From positions 259 through 64,258 of IMG/VR virus record IMGVR_UViG_3300012007_000677: a stretch of DNA of 64,000 nucleotides. One strand, 5' to 3'. The position numbers were made by a program, and so were the translations under genes. Source of the stretch: a virus. Lineage: Duplodnaviria > Caudoviricetes. Under the pieces are notes generated by a model. That model was not told the DNA's origin, did no database searches, and saw nothing but the letters and a program-made list of their open reading frames with translations. Every line of letters begins with the position of its first letter. Positions within the stretch are counted from its first letter, which is position 1. Positions 35,030-44,356 of the stretch are shown here, one piece after another.

Positions 35030-36017
35030 TTGCGCTTAACAGAGCGTTTCCGCATGTGATTCTATCCTCGTCTTCCTCCTTAGAAGGAATAAATACGATA
35101 ACCTCCCACCCCTCATCAAGAAGTGGCTGTTCGAACTGACGGTACACATCATACTTGTAGTATCCCTCTGGCGTGTTGATCCCGTTGGCGTTGGCCTCAT
35201 TGGTTTCGTGTATGGGCGTAATCTTCACGATGAACTTTTCCTTGTCGAACAGTCTGCTCAACTCCTTGGGGTCAAGAATGGTTTTATCGGTGACAGGGAA
35301 ATTGAGTGTGTATTTGCGACCATTTGGCATTGGCAGTATACGACATATACGGCTGATTGTTTCGAGGCTCATAGAACGACCGCGGAACAATTCTTCGCGC
35401 TGTATGGCATCTGTCGAATTGATTGAGAGTTGCAAGCCTGCCTCGCCGTTGTAGTCCTCGTTCTTGATGCGGCAAAACTCTTCCAATATATGTCCCACGC
35501 CTTTCATGCCGAGTGACTTGGGCATCATTGTCGTAAAGACGGGGTGGATGGTGTTGGCTTTCATCTTGGAGTTTACAAGCGGGCGCAGGTCTTCTTTGAG
35601 AAATGCGAGAACATTAGCGGCATTAAGTGAGGGTTCGCCCATTCGTGCAAGGTGGAGGTTGAAACGCTCAGTGTACTTGCACCCGCTGAAATCGATAGCG
35701 TTGATCACCTCTTCTGCCAGCTCCTCGCGGCTGATGTTGCCGCCAAACTTAACCTTCGGGCAGTCACAGAACATGCAGTTCATCGGACAGCCCTTCTGCG
35801 TGGAGATTGTAACGACCATCTTATCCTTTAGGTCAACGTCGTGGTGTGGTACTGAGTTGATTTCCTTCTTGAACCCAAGGAAGTCTGCCTTGATATTGTT
35901 TTCCTTGCCGTAGTCTCCAACATAAAGGTACTCCATTCTCTTTTCTGTGTCACAGAAGATTGCGCCAGTACGCGTCTTAAATTCTTTAATCATTGTCTTA
36001 TTTTGTTTTTGCTTCAT
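35022..36017 (-). CDS. RlmN/Cfr-like radical SAM enzyme (divergent)
   Basis: TISTQKGCPMNCMFC, ARMGEPSLN, C-terminal RITCGNAL. Confidence 0.85.
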   Translation of the reverse strand: MKQKQNKTMIKEFKTRTGAIFCDTEKRMEYLYVGDYGKENNIKADFLGFKKEINSVPHHDVDLKDKMVVTISTQKGCPMNCMFCDCPKVKFGGNISREELAEEVINAIDFSGCKYTERFNLHLARMGEPSLNAANVLAFLKEDLRPLVNSKMKANTIHPVFTTMMPKSLGMKGVGHILEEFCRIKNEDYNGEAGLQLSINSTDAIQREELFRGRSMSLETISRICRILPMPNGRKYTLNFPVTDKTILDPKELSRLFDKEKFIVKITPIHETNEANANGINTPEGYYKYDVYRQFEQPLLDEGWEVIVFIPSKEEDEDRITCGNALLSANE

Positions 36018-36155
36018 TCAGTTTTACAATCAGTTGCATTTTGGCCCTGTCGAGACATTTGCGACAATACGGATGACTCGGGATGTCCGGATCGATGACC
36101 GGCCAGAACGCTACAGCCTGCTGCCCGCAGACACAACACTTACAGTCAGAAGCTT

Positions 36156-36557
36156 TTATTTCCTTGGCCATTTTTTATAACCCATTTCGTGCAACCTCGA
36201 TATCATTTCCACGCAAGAATCAACAAGATTCTCGTTCCTGCATTCTTTATAAGAATCCCCATTCTCATAGGCCACTTCGCACGTCTTCCCATCCCAGTTT
36301 TTATCTATAACAAGCTGTAAGTAACCCATACCTGTTACTATGTGTTGTGGCAAGAGGTTAATCAAAGCAGCCAAGCTCCAGCAAGGGATATCCCTTTTGT
36401 CTGTCGCTTTTTCAAATTCCGGCCACTCACGATAATCCGGCTCTCCAACCCATTTGTCTTTCTGATATTTCCAGCTCATATCCGCACTTTCATGCGGCAG
36501 TATTTTTGCGAGAGCCTGGCTCTGTTCTAAGTCTGTGTATGATTTAATTTCTGCCAT
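36156..36557 (-). CDS. Conserved phage hypothetical protein
   Basis: YTDLEQSQAL...PCWSLAALINLLP; 133 aa. Confidence 0.65.
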   Translation of the reverse strand: MAEIKSYTDLEQSQALAKILPHESADMSWKYQKDKWVGEPDYREWPEFEKATDKRDIPCWSLAALINLLPQHIVTGMGYLQLVIDKNWDGKTCEVAYENGDSYKECRNENLVDSCVEMISRLHEMGYKKWPRK

Positions 36558-36559
36558 AG

Positions 36560-36745
36560 CTATTCTCCTCTCTGTTCTTTCACTTTTAGACGTGAATATG
36601 ATTTAAATTCCGGCGAACCAAATAAATCAATATCTTCATCTTTTGCCAGATTAAGGAAATTTTTCAAGGATTCTTTTATGCTTTGTGCGTCGCTATCTTC
36701 AAACCCTGTTATTAACAATTCAACTTTATATTTTTTCATAGTCAA
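36560..36745 (-). CDS. Hypothetical protein
   Basis: 61-aa ORF in a coupled array. Confidence 0.5.
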   Translation of the reverse strand: MTMKKYKVELLITGFEDSDAQSIKESLKNFLNLAKDEDIDLFGSPEFKSYSRLKVKEQRGE

Positions 36746-37245
36746 TCCTCCCTAATTATGATTATTTTCACCTTGTCACCACTTTTGAATTTATCTTTAG
36801 GCAATAGTATCATATCGGTATGAGTTAAAACAGGTAATGTTTCTATCGCAGGGCACATACTCCCTTCTGCTACTTCTCTACCAATAGCATCTTTCATCAT
36901 TTGTTCTTTCTGCCAGTTAGCACCAGCCTTGAATGTTGCCTTAATTTTGTCATGCCCATACTTACTACTTGTGAACCTGCAAGCATATTTTTCGCTTGCA
37001 TATTCCAAATCATCACTCACGGGTTCGTCTTTTGTGTTGCCAACACTTCCTGTCAACCCATAAAATATAACAGAAGATTGCGTATCGCTTACAGGTTCTT
37101 CTTGTAGGGAGTCAATAAACATTTCCAATGTGGTGCAAATTCTATCTGCGTAATCTAAGTAAATGTTATCGCTATCAATGACTGACGGCAATAGTTTGTG
37201 CATTCTTTCAACCTCTTTACGGATTTTCTGTACTTTGTCTGTCAT
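36742..37245 (-). CDS. Hypothetical protein
   Basis: 167-aa ORF; FKAGANWQKEQMMK. Confidence 0.6.
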   Translation of the reverse strand: MTDKVQKIRKEVERMHKLLPSVIDSDNIYLDYADRICTTLEMFIDSLQEEPVSDTQSSVIFYGLTGSVGNTKDEPVSDDLEYASEKYACRFTSSKYGHDKIKATFKAGANWQKEQMMKDAIGREVAEGSMCPAIETLPVLTHTDMILLPKDKFKSGDKVKIIIIRED

Positions 37246-37502
37246 GCCTCATTGTTTTTTATTTTGTTTACGACTCTTATTATATTATCACATATCAAGT
37301 GACGCAGAGTAGGAACATTACCACTAAATGTAACATCGTCAATATGATAAAAACCACGAATAGATTTATCTTTTACACCAGTTATCTCATGCTGTTCATT
37401 TTCGGTTAGCATTTTTTCATCTGATTTATAGGCGGCAAAATAAAAGTTTCGGTATGTCAATACATAAAAACAAACTTTTAGTCTTTCCCAAATTTGTTTC
37501 AT
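37242..37502 (-). CDS. Hypothetical protein
   Basis: Start placed at MKQIW after the AGGAGAATAGTTATG junction. Confidence 0.55.
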   Translation of the reverse strand: MKQIWERLKVCFYVLTYRNFYFAAYKSDEKMLTENEQHEITGVKDKSIRGFYHIDDVTFSGNVPTLRHLICDNIIRVVNKIKNNEA

Positions 37503-37504
37503 AA

Positions 37505-37924
37505 CTATTCTCCTTTCTGTGCTTGATGTCTTACCCACTCAATCTCCTCGGTGAGGTCTATACGGTAATCGCTTTCAACACGCTTTAGGTTGATGATGAC
37601 CTCCTCTACCATACCCCTGTCTGCTGCGGTAGTGGGATTGCTTGCCTTTAGTCCAAGTTCAAAGAAATGTTTGGCAACATCAAATAACGAAGGCAAGGCT
37701 TTATGAAACTTAAGTTCTGGAGTAATCATAGAGTCAAGTTCTTTCTCCAAATCCACTTCTTTCACTTCAAGGGCGTCAATGAAAGAAAGAAGTTGATGAA
37801 GAGCATTACAAGCCCCATAATCGGCAGGCCCACCATTCTTGTTGATGTGGTAATCATTAAAATGAATTTTCTCTCTTTTTTTGATCTCCGCCACTAAAGC
37901 GTCTTTATCTATTAAGTGTGCCAT
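37505..37924 (-). CDS. Hypothetical protein
   Basis: Start placed at MAHLIDK after the AGGAGAATAGCTATG junction. Confidence 0.6.
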   Translation of the reverse strand: MAHLIDKDALVAEIKKREKIHFNDYHINKNGGPADYGACNALHQLLSFIDALEVKEVDLEKELDSMITPELKFHKALPSLFDVAKHFFELGLKASNPTTAADRGMVEEVIINLKRVESDYRIDLTEEIEWVRHQAQKGE

Positions 37925-37926
37925 AG

Positions 37927-38490
37927 CTATTCTCCTAATACACAATAAGCCAAAAACCAACATGTGCCAAATGCAACATTGAACGTTGCAAACTGTATAT
38001 CGAACTCATCTCCAACAGCTGCGCAAATAAACGCAGAGAAACAGAATATTATCCCAAAACCAATCAAAGTCATTATAAACGACCAAAAAAGTTTAAAGAA
38101 CACTGTCGGCCCATTTTGTTTTTTCTGCAGCTGCACTTCTTCGACCCCTTCTTTCGTTTCTGTGTTATATTTGTCTGTAAGCACAAAGTCATCCTGTGCA
38201 TCGACATTATCATCGGTCAATGTTTCAAGTTTGCGCTTGCACCTGTTCATCTCTCGCTCTACCACCTCCATCAATGGTTTGTTGAGCCATGTCGGTAGGT
38301 CTTGCATGTCTGCTTCCCTGTGACTCCAGTTCTTACAAAACTCAAAGTGAAATAAGTCTGCACTTTCATTGATGCCCCAATGACTCCACCGCCCTCGCTT
38401 GTAGTAAGACAGGGCGAACTCCATCTGTTGAATGTCTTCTTCAAGACGCTTCGCCGTTTCAAGTGTTTCTTTCTTCATAGTCTTAAACAA
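37927..38490 (-). CDS. Hypothetical membrane protein (two C-terminal TM segments)
   Basis: Hydrophobic FFKLFWSFIMTLIGFGIIFCFSAFICAAV and FATFNVAFGTCWFLAYCV. Confidence 0.6.
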   Translation of the reverse strand: MFKTMKKETLETAKRLEEDIQQMEFALSYYKRGRWSHWGINESADLFHFEFCKNWSHREADMQDLPTWLNKPLMEVVEREMNRCKRKLETLTDDNVDAQDDFVLTDKYNTETKEGVEEVQLQKKQNGPTVFFKLFWSFIMTLIGFGIIFCFSAFICAAVGDEFDIQFATFNVAFGTCWFLAYCVLGE

Positions 38491-38989
38491 TTATTTCTTT
38501 TTCAATTCCACAAAGCCGAAGCGCGTGTTGAAGTTGGTGAACATAATTCGCGCTGCACAGATGTATGTCGTTAATGCCTCCGTTATGAGGCGGAACCCCC
38601 CCCCAACACTTGACCAATGTGCTAACGCCACATATAGGCTCTTTGTACAAATTAACTTGGATTGTGAAGGATTTTCTTTCAAAACCCGTAGGCACGACAA
38701 GGTGATATCGAACACAAACCCTCTCATCTTCACCAGAATCTTTAATAAACCCATTCTTCTCCAATATCTCGGCGGTTAGAGGTATCGGTTCAAGAAACTC
38801 TGTCCATATTCCCCAAGACATCCTGTCCTCGTCATCAACAGCAACACATGTAGCGCTGCCGACAAGTCCCTTTTCCGTGAAGCGATTATCAGCGTCTATA
38901 CCGTGAACTATTACAACGGTGCCCTTTTTAAGGCACACGTCTTTTGCAACACGCACAATATCTCCAATCATCAAATCGTTTGCTTTCAT
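38483..38989 (-). CDS. YopX-like phage protein
   Basis: MKANDLMIGDIV; LEPIPLTAEILEKNGF; YVHQLQHALRLCGIEKEI. Confidence 0.6.
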   Translation of the reverse strand: MKANDLMIGDIVRVAKDVCLKKGTVVIVHGIDADNRFTEKGLVGSATCVAVDDEDRMSWGIWTEFLEPIPLTAEILEKNGFIKDSGEDERVCVRYHLVVPTGFERKSFTIQVNLYKEPICGVSTLVKCWGGVPPHNGGINDIHLCSANYVHQLQHALRLCGIEKEIIV

Positions 38990-39249
38990 ATCATTTTCTC
39001 CCTATAAAATACATCTAAAGTGTCCTTGCAACTATTCAATCCTCGATAGGTATGAGCTAAATACACAAACTCCTTTGTCTGTATCTCTTCATCAGAGAAT
39101 ACTGTACGAATAAGCCTCTCTGCCATGTGTTTAGGCTTTTCATTTCTGAACATTCCGTAGTCGTAATTCTCACAAGCGATTTTCCACCTTCCTTGTGGGC
39201 GGCTGTATAGTCTTCTTATATCAATCTTGATTTCTTTTGCTTCCATCAC
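38986..39249 (-). CDS. Hypothetical protein
   Basis: 87-aa coupled ORF. Confidence 0.5.
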   Translation of the reverse strand: MMEAKEIKIDIRRLYSRPQGRWKIACENYDYGMFRNEKPKHMAERLIRTVFSDEEIQTKEFVYLAHTYRGLNSCKDTLDVFYREKMI

Positions 39250-39890
39250 ATCAACTTTTTAAGGTCATCATACAACTGTGACAAATAAAAACCTATTCTG
39301 TCATTGCGGTCTCTTGCTATTTTTAACGCTTCCATCTGCTCTTCACTCGGCTTCCAAGTGTATCTTTCTTTGAGGGATTTGAGCCAAGAAAAACATTGGT
39401 TTGCTTCGTCATGGTCATCGTTACTTATGAAATAATTAACAGCACGCATCGCCCTTGCAAGCATTTTCGCGTCAAAATCGCTCCACTCTTGTTTTTGAGT
39501 TGGATTGAGGTTAGCAAACGACCGAATCCACTTAACCACATTCGGCTTGTTTTTGCCGTAGAAACTATCTCCGTTTTCATCAACAAACGTAGCAAGATAG
39601 CCCAAACTGATTAAATCCTCTTCGCTCCATTCTTGCTTCTGCTCACCTTGCCTTTCAAGCCAAGCAAAGGCTTTATCTGCCATTACATCATTAACAATAT
39701 TATCAACAACATATTTAGATTCCAACTCTTTCTTTATCCATTTCCTTATCCTCTCATCCTCGCTCTCTTTGAGTTCTGGAATAAGTGTTTCTAATGCCGT
39801 TCTCTCAGCAAATAGTGACTTATCATGTAATTCTTTAAGAATCTTTAGTGCCGTTCCTTTTTCCATATCCTTCTCTCTCTTTAATTCCAC
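39246..39890 (-). CDS. Hypothetical protein with repeated 'KQEWSEED/WKPSEEQM' units
   Basis: 214 aa; LKESEDERIRK; QKQEWS twice. Confidence 0.65.
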   Translation of the reverse strand: MELKREKDMEKGTALKILKELHDKSLFAERTALETLIPELKESEDERIRKWIKKELESKYVVDNIVNDVMADKAFAWLERQGEQKQEWSEEDLISLGYLATFVDENGDSFYGKNKPNVVKWIRSFANLNPTQKQEWSDFDAKMLARAMRAVNYFISNDDHDEANQCFSWLKSLKERYTWKPSEEQMEALKIARDRNDRIGFYLSQLYDDLKKLM

Positions 39891-39892
39891 TT

Positions 39893-40057
39893 TTACTTAA
39901 ACACACTCACACTCAGGAGCCAGACAACGGCGGCGACACCTGCACGCACCAGATAGCATAGCGATGTGACCAACACGCAGCCCGTTGCGGCCATCATGAG
40001 AACATCGGCCATCTTGCGCGTAGCCCTTCTCAACTCTTCTCTATCCTCTGTCTTCAT
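39893..40057 (-). CDS. Small membrane protein (54 aa, not in the ORF track)
   Basis: MKTEDREELRRATRKMADVLMMAATGCVLVTSLCYLVRAGVAAVVWLLSVSVFK, translated by hand. Confidence 0.5.
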   Translation of the reverse strand: MKTEDREELRRATRKMADVLMMAATGCVLVTSLCYLVRAGVAAVVWLLSVSVFK

Positions 40058-40274
40058 TGATCAGTCTCTGGTTAGTGAACGCCACCTGAAAATCCCGTCC
40101 TTTTAACGACGGCATCTTACTGATGACGTAGTTCTTAATCTCGTTCTTTTTGAAATGCACTCCGCAAAACTCCTTGCCGTCGTCCGTTGTGAGCGCCGTC
40201 ACCTCCTTCGTGTAGGACAGCTGGCAGACGAACCTGTCGTTCAGCAGCACGTCAAACAATACTTTGTGCATCAT
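40041..40274 (-). CDS. Hypothetical protein
   Basis: 77 aa; FDVLLNDRFVCQL. Confidence 0.6.
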   Translation of the reverse strand: MMHKVLFDVLLNDRFVCQLSYTKEVTALTTDDGKEFCGVHFKKNEIKNYVISKMPSLKGRDFQVAFTNQRLINEDRG

Positions 40275-40276
40275 AG

Positions 40277-41053
40277 TCAGTCGATTTTGCGTATAGTATC
40301 CTTCATGCCGTTGATGGTAGCCTCCAGCGCCTCCAGACGATATGTCGGGAACTTGCCCTTGCCCAGCAGCTTATTGGGCGCCGTTGCCTCCACGATGCGG
40401 AACTTGGCCCACGTCGCATACGGGCTGATGCCACTCTTGAAGAAAAGCTCCTGGGGCTCCGGCGCCGTATCCATCACGGTGTAGTATTCCGTTCCGAACA
40501 GGCCCAACCACTTCCTGCGCTTGGCGATGTGCTGCACATTCTGGTGCTGCAGCATGGTGTTAGGCACGGGAGTCATGTAAAATCGCTTCTTCCCGGGGTC
40601 ATAAATCATTGCCACGCAACGTGTTACCACTCTATCCTGTACGAATTTCTTGGGAAGTATCATTTCTCTCTTCCACACGGGCGTCCACGCTTCGTCCACT
40701 GAATCCAACAATCTGTTCACCCATCGGCGCAGACCGTTCAGCCGACTCTCTCTGTTGACCACTTCGATGGTTGTCTCGTAGCCTGTTTCCTGAATGTTCT
40801 CGCTGCCGCTCTTGCTCAGTATCTCGCGCTCTTTGTCTGTATCGACCACGCGGTCTCGCTCCACACGAATGTTCTTAGAGTTTTCGTCGGCCAGCACTCT
40901 GTCATCACGCACGCCAACGTGCTCCATCGTCTGAGCGTCTTCACGGCTCACAATTCTCTCTTTCTTTACTGCACGGCGCGCTCTGCGCATCATGCTTGAT
41001 CCTTTCTTTGCCATCGTACTTTGTTGATTAAATGTTTTTGTAAACCAGTCCAT
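40277..41053 (-). CDS. Hypothetical protein (true start may be the internal MAKKG)
   Basis: 258-aa ORF in the operon. Confidence 0.6.
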   Translation of the reverse strand: MDWFTKTFNQQSTMAKKGSSMMRRARRAVKKERIVSREDAQTMEHVGVRDDRVLADENSKNIRVERDRVVDTDKEREILSKSGSENIQETGYETTIEVVNRESRLNGLRRWVNRLLDSVDEAWTPVWKREMILPKKFVQDRVVTRCVAMIYDPGKKRFYMTPVPNTMLQHQNVQHIAKRRKWLGLFGTEYYTVMDTAPEPQELFFKSGISPYATWAKFRIVEATAPNKLLGKGKFPTYRLEALEATINGMKDTIRKID

Positions 41054-41351
41054 CCTTGCATCTCGGGCAAGGCTTTTTCATATACAGGTCGCACTCCAGA
41101 CAGCAGCCAGCCGTCACCCGCTCACCGCCACCTGCAGCTTCACCCACGTTCACTCCTCTGTGTACAGGCACATCCGGCTCTCTGCCGTCAATAGCCTTTG
41201 TCGCTTTCACCAAGCCACCCAGATATCTGTACACACGACCTTCCACAACATCTGCAGCATCCTGCACATCGCGAAGATCCTCCAACACTCTGCTCTCTAT
41301 CCTCAGAGCCTTAATCAATGGCATCAGCCACACGATAATTTTATCTTTCAT
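41028..41351 (-). CDS. Hypothetical protein with C-terminal Cys cluster
   Basis: Start at MKDKII with ATGA overlap; CCLECD...PCPRC. Confidence 0.55.
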   Translation of the reverse strand: MKDKIIVWLMPLIKALRIESRVLEDLRDVQDAADVVEGRVYRYLGGLVKATKAIDGREPDVPVHRGVNVGEAAGGGERVTAGCCLECDLYMKKPCPRCKDGLVYKNI

Positions 41352-42244
41352 CTTCTTACTGTTTTTGAATTTCTCATACACGTCATCAGATACGCCGGTT
41401 TGTCTTGAATAGTCGATGGGATATTGGCCAGCACCATCCAAATCCGTGCCCCAATCTTGCCCCACTCTCCCCAGCTCATCAGATAGAACTTCTCTCTCAC
41501 CTTGCACCCGAGCTCGTCCAGCCTCTCGCTCAACATGTCGAACTGGTGCGCGTCTTTCTCGCTCATCCCTGCGCGCTTGCGCTGAAGGATGTCTTTAATC
41601 TCATCTTCCTTCATGGCTTCTGTTTTTTTTAATTTCAAAAAAGCCTCTTCTTCTTCACCCCCTGGGGGGTATGGGGGGAGAATTTCTTGGTCTTTTTCTT
41701 TTGTAGAAGTTTTCTTTTCTAAGGGGGTGCAGGGGGAAAGATTTTCTTTTATACTTTTCTTTTTCCCTTCTTTCGCATCACAAACCCCGTTTAAGACGTC
41801 CGAAACCTCGTTTGTGACGTCTAAAACTCCATTTGTGCTACTCAAACCCGACTCAAAATTCCCTTCTTCCCTACGGGAAGCAGCACGCTCTCGCTGTTCA
41901 CGTTGGCACAATCTATGTTTAAGCTGCTGCTCCATACGCTTCTTATGGGCGTTGCTGTAGATTTTATATCCATCGCGCTGCAGCAGGCCCAGCGTGCAGC
42001 AGTAGTCCAAAATCTCCTGCAGCTGAAACGAGGAGACCCCGAAGTCCACAGCCAGGAGTTCTGTGTTCAAAGGCGTCATCTCAAACTCGAAGCCGTCTTT
42101 GTCTGTCAGCACCTCCAACATCATGCACCACACGGCATATCCCTCATGGCCGTATTTCAGCCTGAGCGCACGCACATACATGTCGTTGCGCATATCCGCG
42201 TCATGCCGGAAGTAGTCGCTGTTGTTTTTTATTGGCCGGGCCAT
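41348..42244 (-). CDS. Replication initiator (DUF4373 / Lin1244-like N-terminus)
   Basis: YFRHDADMRND...LRLKYGHEGYAVWCMMLEVL, then a low-complexity linker and C-terminal domain. Confidence 0.8.
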   Translation of the reverse strand: MARPIKNNSDYFRHDADMRNDMYVRALRLKYGHEGYAVWCMMLEVLTDKDGFEFEMTPLNTELLAVDFGVSSFQLQEILDYCCTLGLLQRDGYKIYSNAHKKRMEQQLKHRLCQREQRERAASRREEGNFESGLSSTNGVLDVTNEVSDVLNGVCDAKEGKKKSIKENLSPCTPLEKKTSTKEKDQEILPPYPPGGEEEEAFLKLKKTEAMKEDEIKDILQRKRAGMSEKDAHQFDMLSERLDELGCKVREKFYLMSWGEWGKIGARIWMVLANIPSTIQDKPAYLMTCMRNSKTVRR

Positions 42245-42247
42245 CTG

Positions 42248-42454
42248 TCAAATCTTGCTGATGCTGCCACCACATTCTTTCAACGCATACTTCCTGACCT
42301 CTTCCTGCTTGGCAAACTGTTTACTCCAGCGAGGCATACCGCCACGAAGATATTTTCTGGCCGTCACGGTGCTGATGCCACAGCGTTCGGCCAACACGTC
42401 CAGCTGACCATGAGGAAGAATGATCACTCCGCTCTCTGTCGTTCTTGCACTCAT
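42248..42454 (-). CDS. Small HTH protein (Cro-like)
   Basis: LPHGQLDVLAERCGISTVTARKYLRG. Confidence 0.6.
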   Translation of the reverse strand: MSARTTESGVIILPHGQLDVLAERCGISTVTARKYLRGGMPRWSKQFAKQEEVRKYALKECGGSISKI

Positions 42455-42708
42455 CTTGTTTGTCTTAATTGGTTATACACAGCCCTGACGCTCACGCCCA
42501 GCTGCGCAGCATACCACTCGGCGCTCTGGCCTTGGTATTTGCTAAAAAGTTCGATATAATCTCTTCGCGTCGGACGCATCTTGATGCCCAGCGCCTGAGC
42601 CTTTCGCCTGACGGACTGTGTTGTCCGCTTCAGTCGGCGTGCAATCCACTCTGCTCCGCGATCTCTCTTATCGCGCAGCAGCCGTCTCTCGTCCGGCGTC
42701 CACGTCAT
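42451..42708 (-). CDS. Tandem HTH/Myb-like small protein
   Basis: MTWTPDE...IARRLKRTTQSVRRKA...YAAQLGVSVRAVYNQ. Confidence 0.6.
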   Translation of the reverse strand: MTWTPDERRLLRDKRDRGAEWIARRLKRTTQSVRRKAQALGIKMRPTRRDYIELFSKYQGQSAEWYAAQLGVSVRAVYNQLRQTR

Positions 42709-43001
42709 AGTCCTGCCTTCCGCTTCTCGTTCTCCAGATGAGCCTGAGCCAGCGCATAGGTGCGCTCGTTCACGACGGCCCGCTCCAAACTCTCTTCGTA
42801 GCTGTGGATGTTCCACAACATCAGCCTGGCATTCACCACAGCCACCTTCACCATACCCTTGTCGCGCAGCTCACAGATGGCATCGCGTCCCATGCCGGTG
42901 AACTTCATAAACTCTTTGGTCGGAAGCCAGACACGCTGCACACCGACTGTTCTGCCTATCAGACGTTTCTGCCTGGGCTTCACCTCACTCTCAGTTTTCA
43001 T
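42705..43001 (-). CDS. Excisionase-like (winged HTH) protein
   Basis: WLPTKEFMKFTGMGRDAICELRDKG...LWNIHS. Confidence 0.5.
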   Translation of the reverse strand: MKTESEVKPRQKRLIGRTVGVQRVWLPTKEFMKFTGMGRDAICELRDKGMVKVAVVNARLMLWNIHSYEESLERAVVNERTYALAQAHLENEKRKAGL

Positions 43002-43572
43002 AAGCCTCTTTCAGTTTTTTGATGTTTTCGTTACCGTAATCACTCTCTGTTGCCCGAAGAAATTCTTCCATCGTCACGCGCACTTCGGGCCCACGCTGTT
43101 TAATCCATTCCTGCCGGCCTTTCTCGCAGCTGCCGGTGATCATTGCGTGAACATCGCCCCATTCCTGCCACGTCGCCGTGCTGGAGAGACTGGGATATCG
43201 CTCCTTCACCTCTGCGATTCTGGCTTCCAGCGGCATTCTGCGCCACGCTCTGTAGCGTGCATCCAGCCACGCTTCCCTCACGGTGTCTCCAAAGCCGTAA
43301 GCGCCGGGAACATAGACAATCTTGATTGGCACAGCCCGCCTGGGGTTTCCTCTGTACACGATGCCGCCCAAGGCACACCGGCCATGCACGCTGTCGATAT
43401 ACACAGGGCGCCTTTCAATCATGTGTATGGAATAACCGTTGAATCTTCTCGCACGGTAGTCGAAGGGAGAGATAGCGGCAACACCCTTTACTGTGCCGCT
43501 ATCTCCTGTCATTCCAAGAGCCAAGAATTCTTTCACCTGTTCACGAAGGCGACGGCGCTCTGCTTTCTTCAT
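42991..43572 (-). CDS. Conserved phage hypothetical protein
   Basis: 193 aa; HAMITGSCEKGR. Confidence 0.6.
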   Translation of the reverse strand: MKKAERRRLREQVKEFLALGMTGDSGTVKGVAAISPFDYRARRFNGYSIHMIERRPVYIDSVHGRCALGGIVYRGNPRRAVPIKIVYVPGAYGFGDTVREAWLDARYRAWRRMPLEARIAEVKERYPSLSSTATWQEWGDVHAMITGSCEKGRQEWIKQRGPEVRVTMEEFLRATESDYGNENIKKLKEAYEN

Positions 43573-43584
43573 GGCTCCGTGCGC

Positions 43585-44340
43585 TTACTGTTCGATAATG
43601 ACAATCTCAGGTGCCACCCCGCGAAGTTCATCCACGACTTGCGAAATATAGCGGTTACGCATATCCTCGACAACCTCATTGGCGCCCGGCGAAATAAGAT
43701 GGATGCTCACTTCCGAGCCGTCAATAGTGGTGAACGTCTCAACATTGATTTCGGTGGGCACACTACCAGCCACAACAGGAATAAGCAGCTTAAACGACGC
43801 CGGGATATTAGAGTCTACAGCCTGACGAAACGTGGAGGCCTTGTTGCCATTCTCCTGCTTCTCGCGCTGAACCACTTGATTAACCTTAGCATCAAAAGAT
43901 TTCAGCGCAGCCACCACCTTCATGTTTTCTTCACGGCTCACAAAGAGCGCCCGGTTGAGCTTCAGGAACTGGCCGAGCTCTTCGGGTTCCCAACGAACAG
44001 AAGGTTTGTTGATGCCAAACGACTCAAACACTGAACTCAGACGGAGTTTACCAACCACAACACCACGGGTGTAGGCACTGTCCTCGTCGAATACAAGCAT
44101 GATAGACAACGAATCACGGCAAACGATAATATGCGCCTTGTGCTGATCGATGTCGGCGACACGCTTTCTCAAAAAATCCAGCGGGGCGTCAATCGTTCCC
44201 GAAAGGTTAATCTGGTTGGGAGCCAGCTGGTCCAGTTGTTTAGGTGCTTCTCCCTGCAGCACAGTCACCTGTGTCTGTCCCTCTGGCATGTTCACAACGA
44301 TGGGTCTGATTTCATTCCCGTAATTCACTTCTTTTTCCAT
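43585..44340 (-). CDS. DUF2303 (YfdQ)-like phage protein
   Basis: LGQFLKLNRALF; IPASFKLLIPV. Confidence 0.45.
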   Translation of the reverse strand: MEKEVNYGNEIRPIVVNMPEGQTQVTVLQGEAPKQLDQLAPNQINLSGTIDAPLDFLRKRVADIDQHKAHIIVCRDSLSIMLVFDEDSAYTRGVVVGKLRLSSVFESFGINKPSVRWEPEELGQFLKLNRALFVSREENMKVVAALKSFDAKVNQVVQREKQENGNKASTFRQAVDSNIPASFKLLIPVVAGSVPTEINVETFTTIDGSEVSIHLISPGANEVVEDMRNRYISQVVDELRGVAPEIVIIEQ

Positions 44341-44356
44341 AGTTTTGAGTATTTAA

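Noticed and set aside
35022-36017. Host-like rlmN orthologue
   Set aside because: Lacks the Cys118 equivalent and the usual N-terminal domain; left without a gene symbol.
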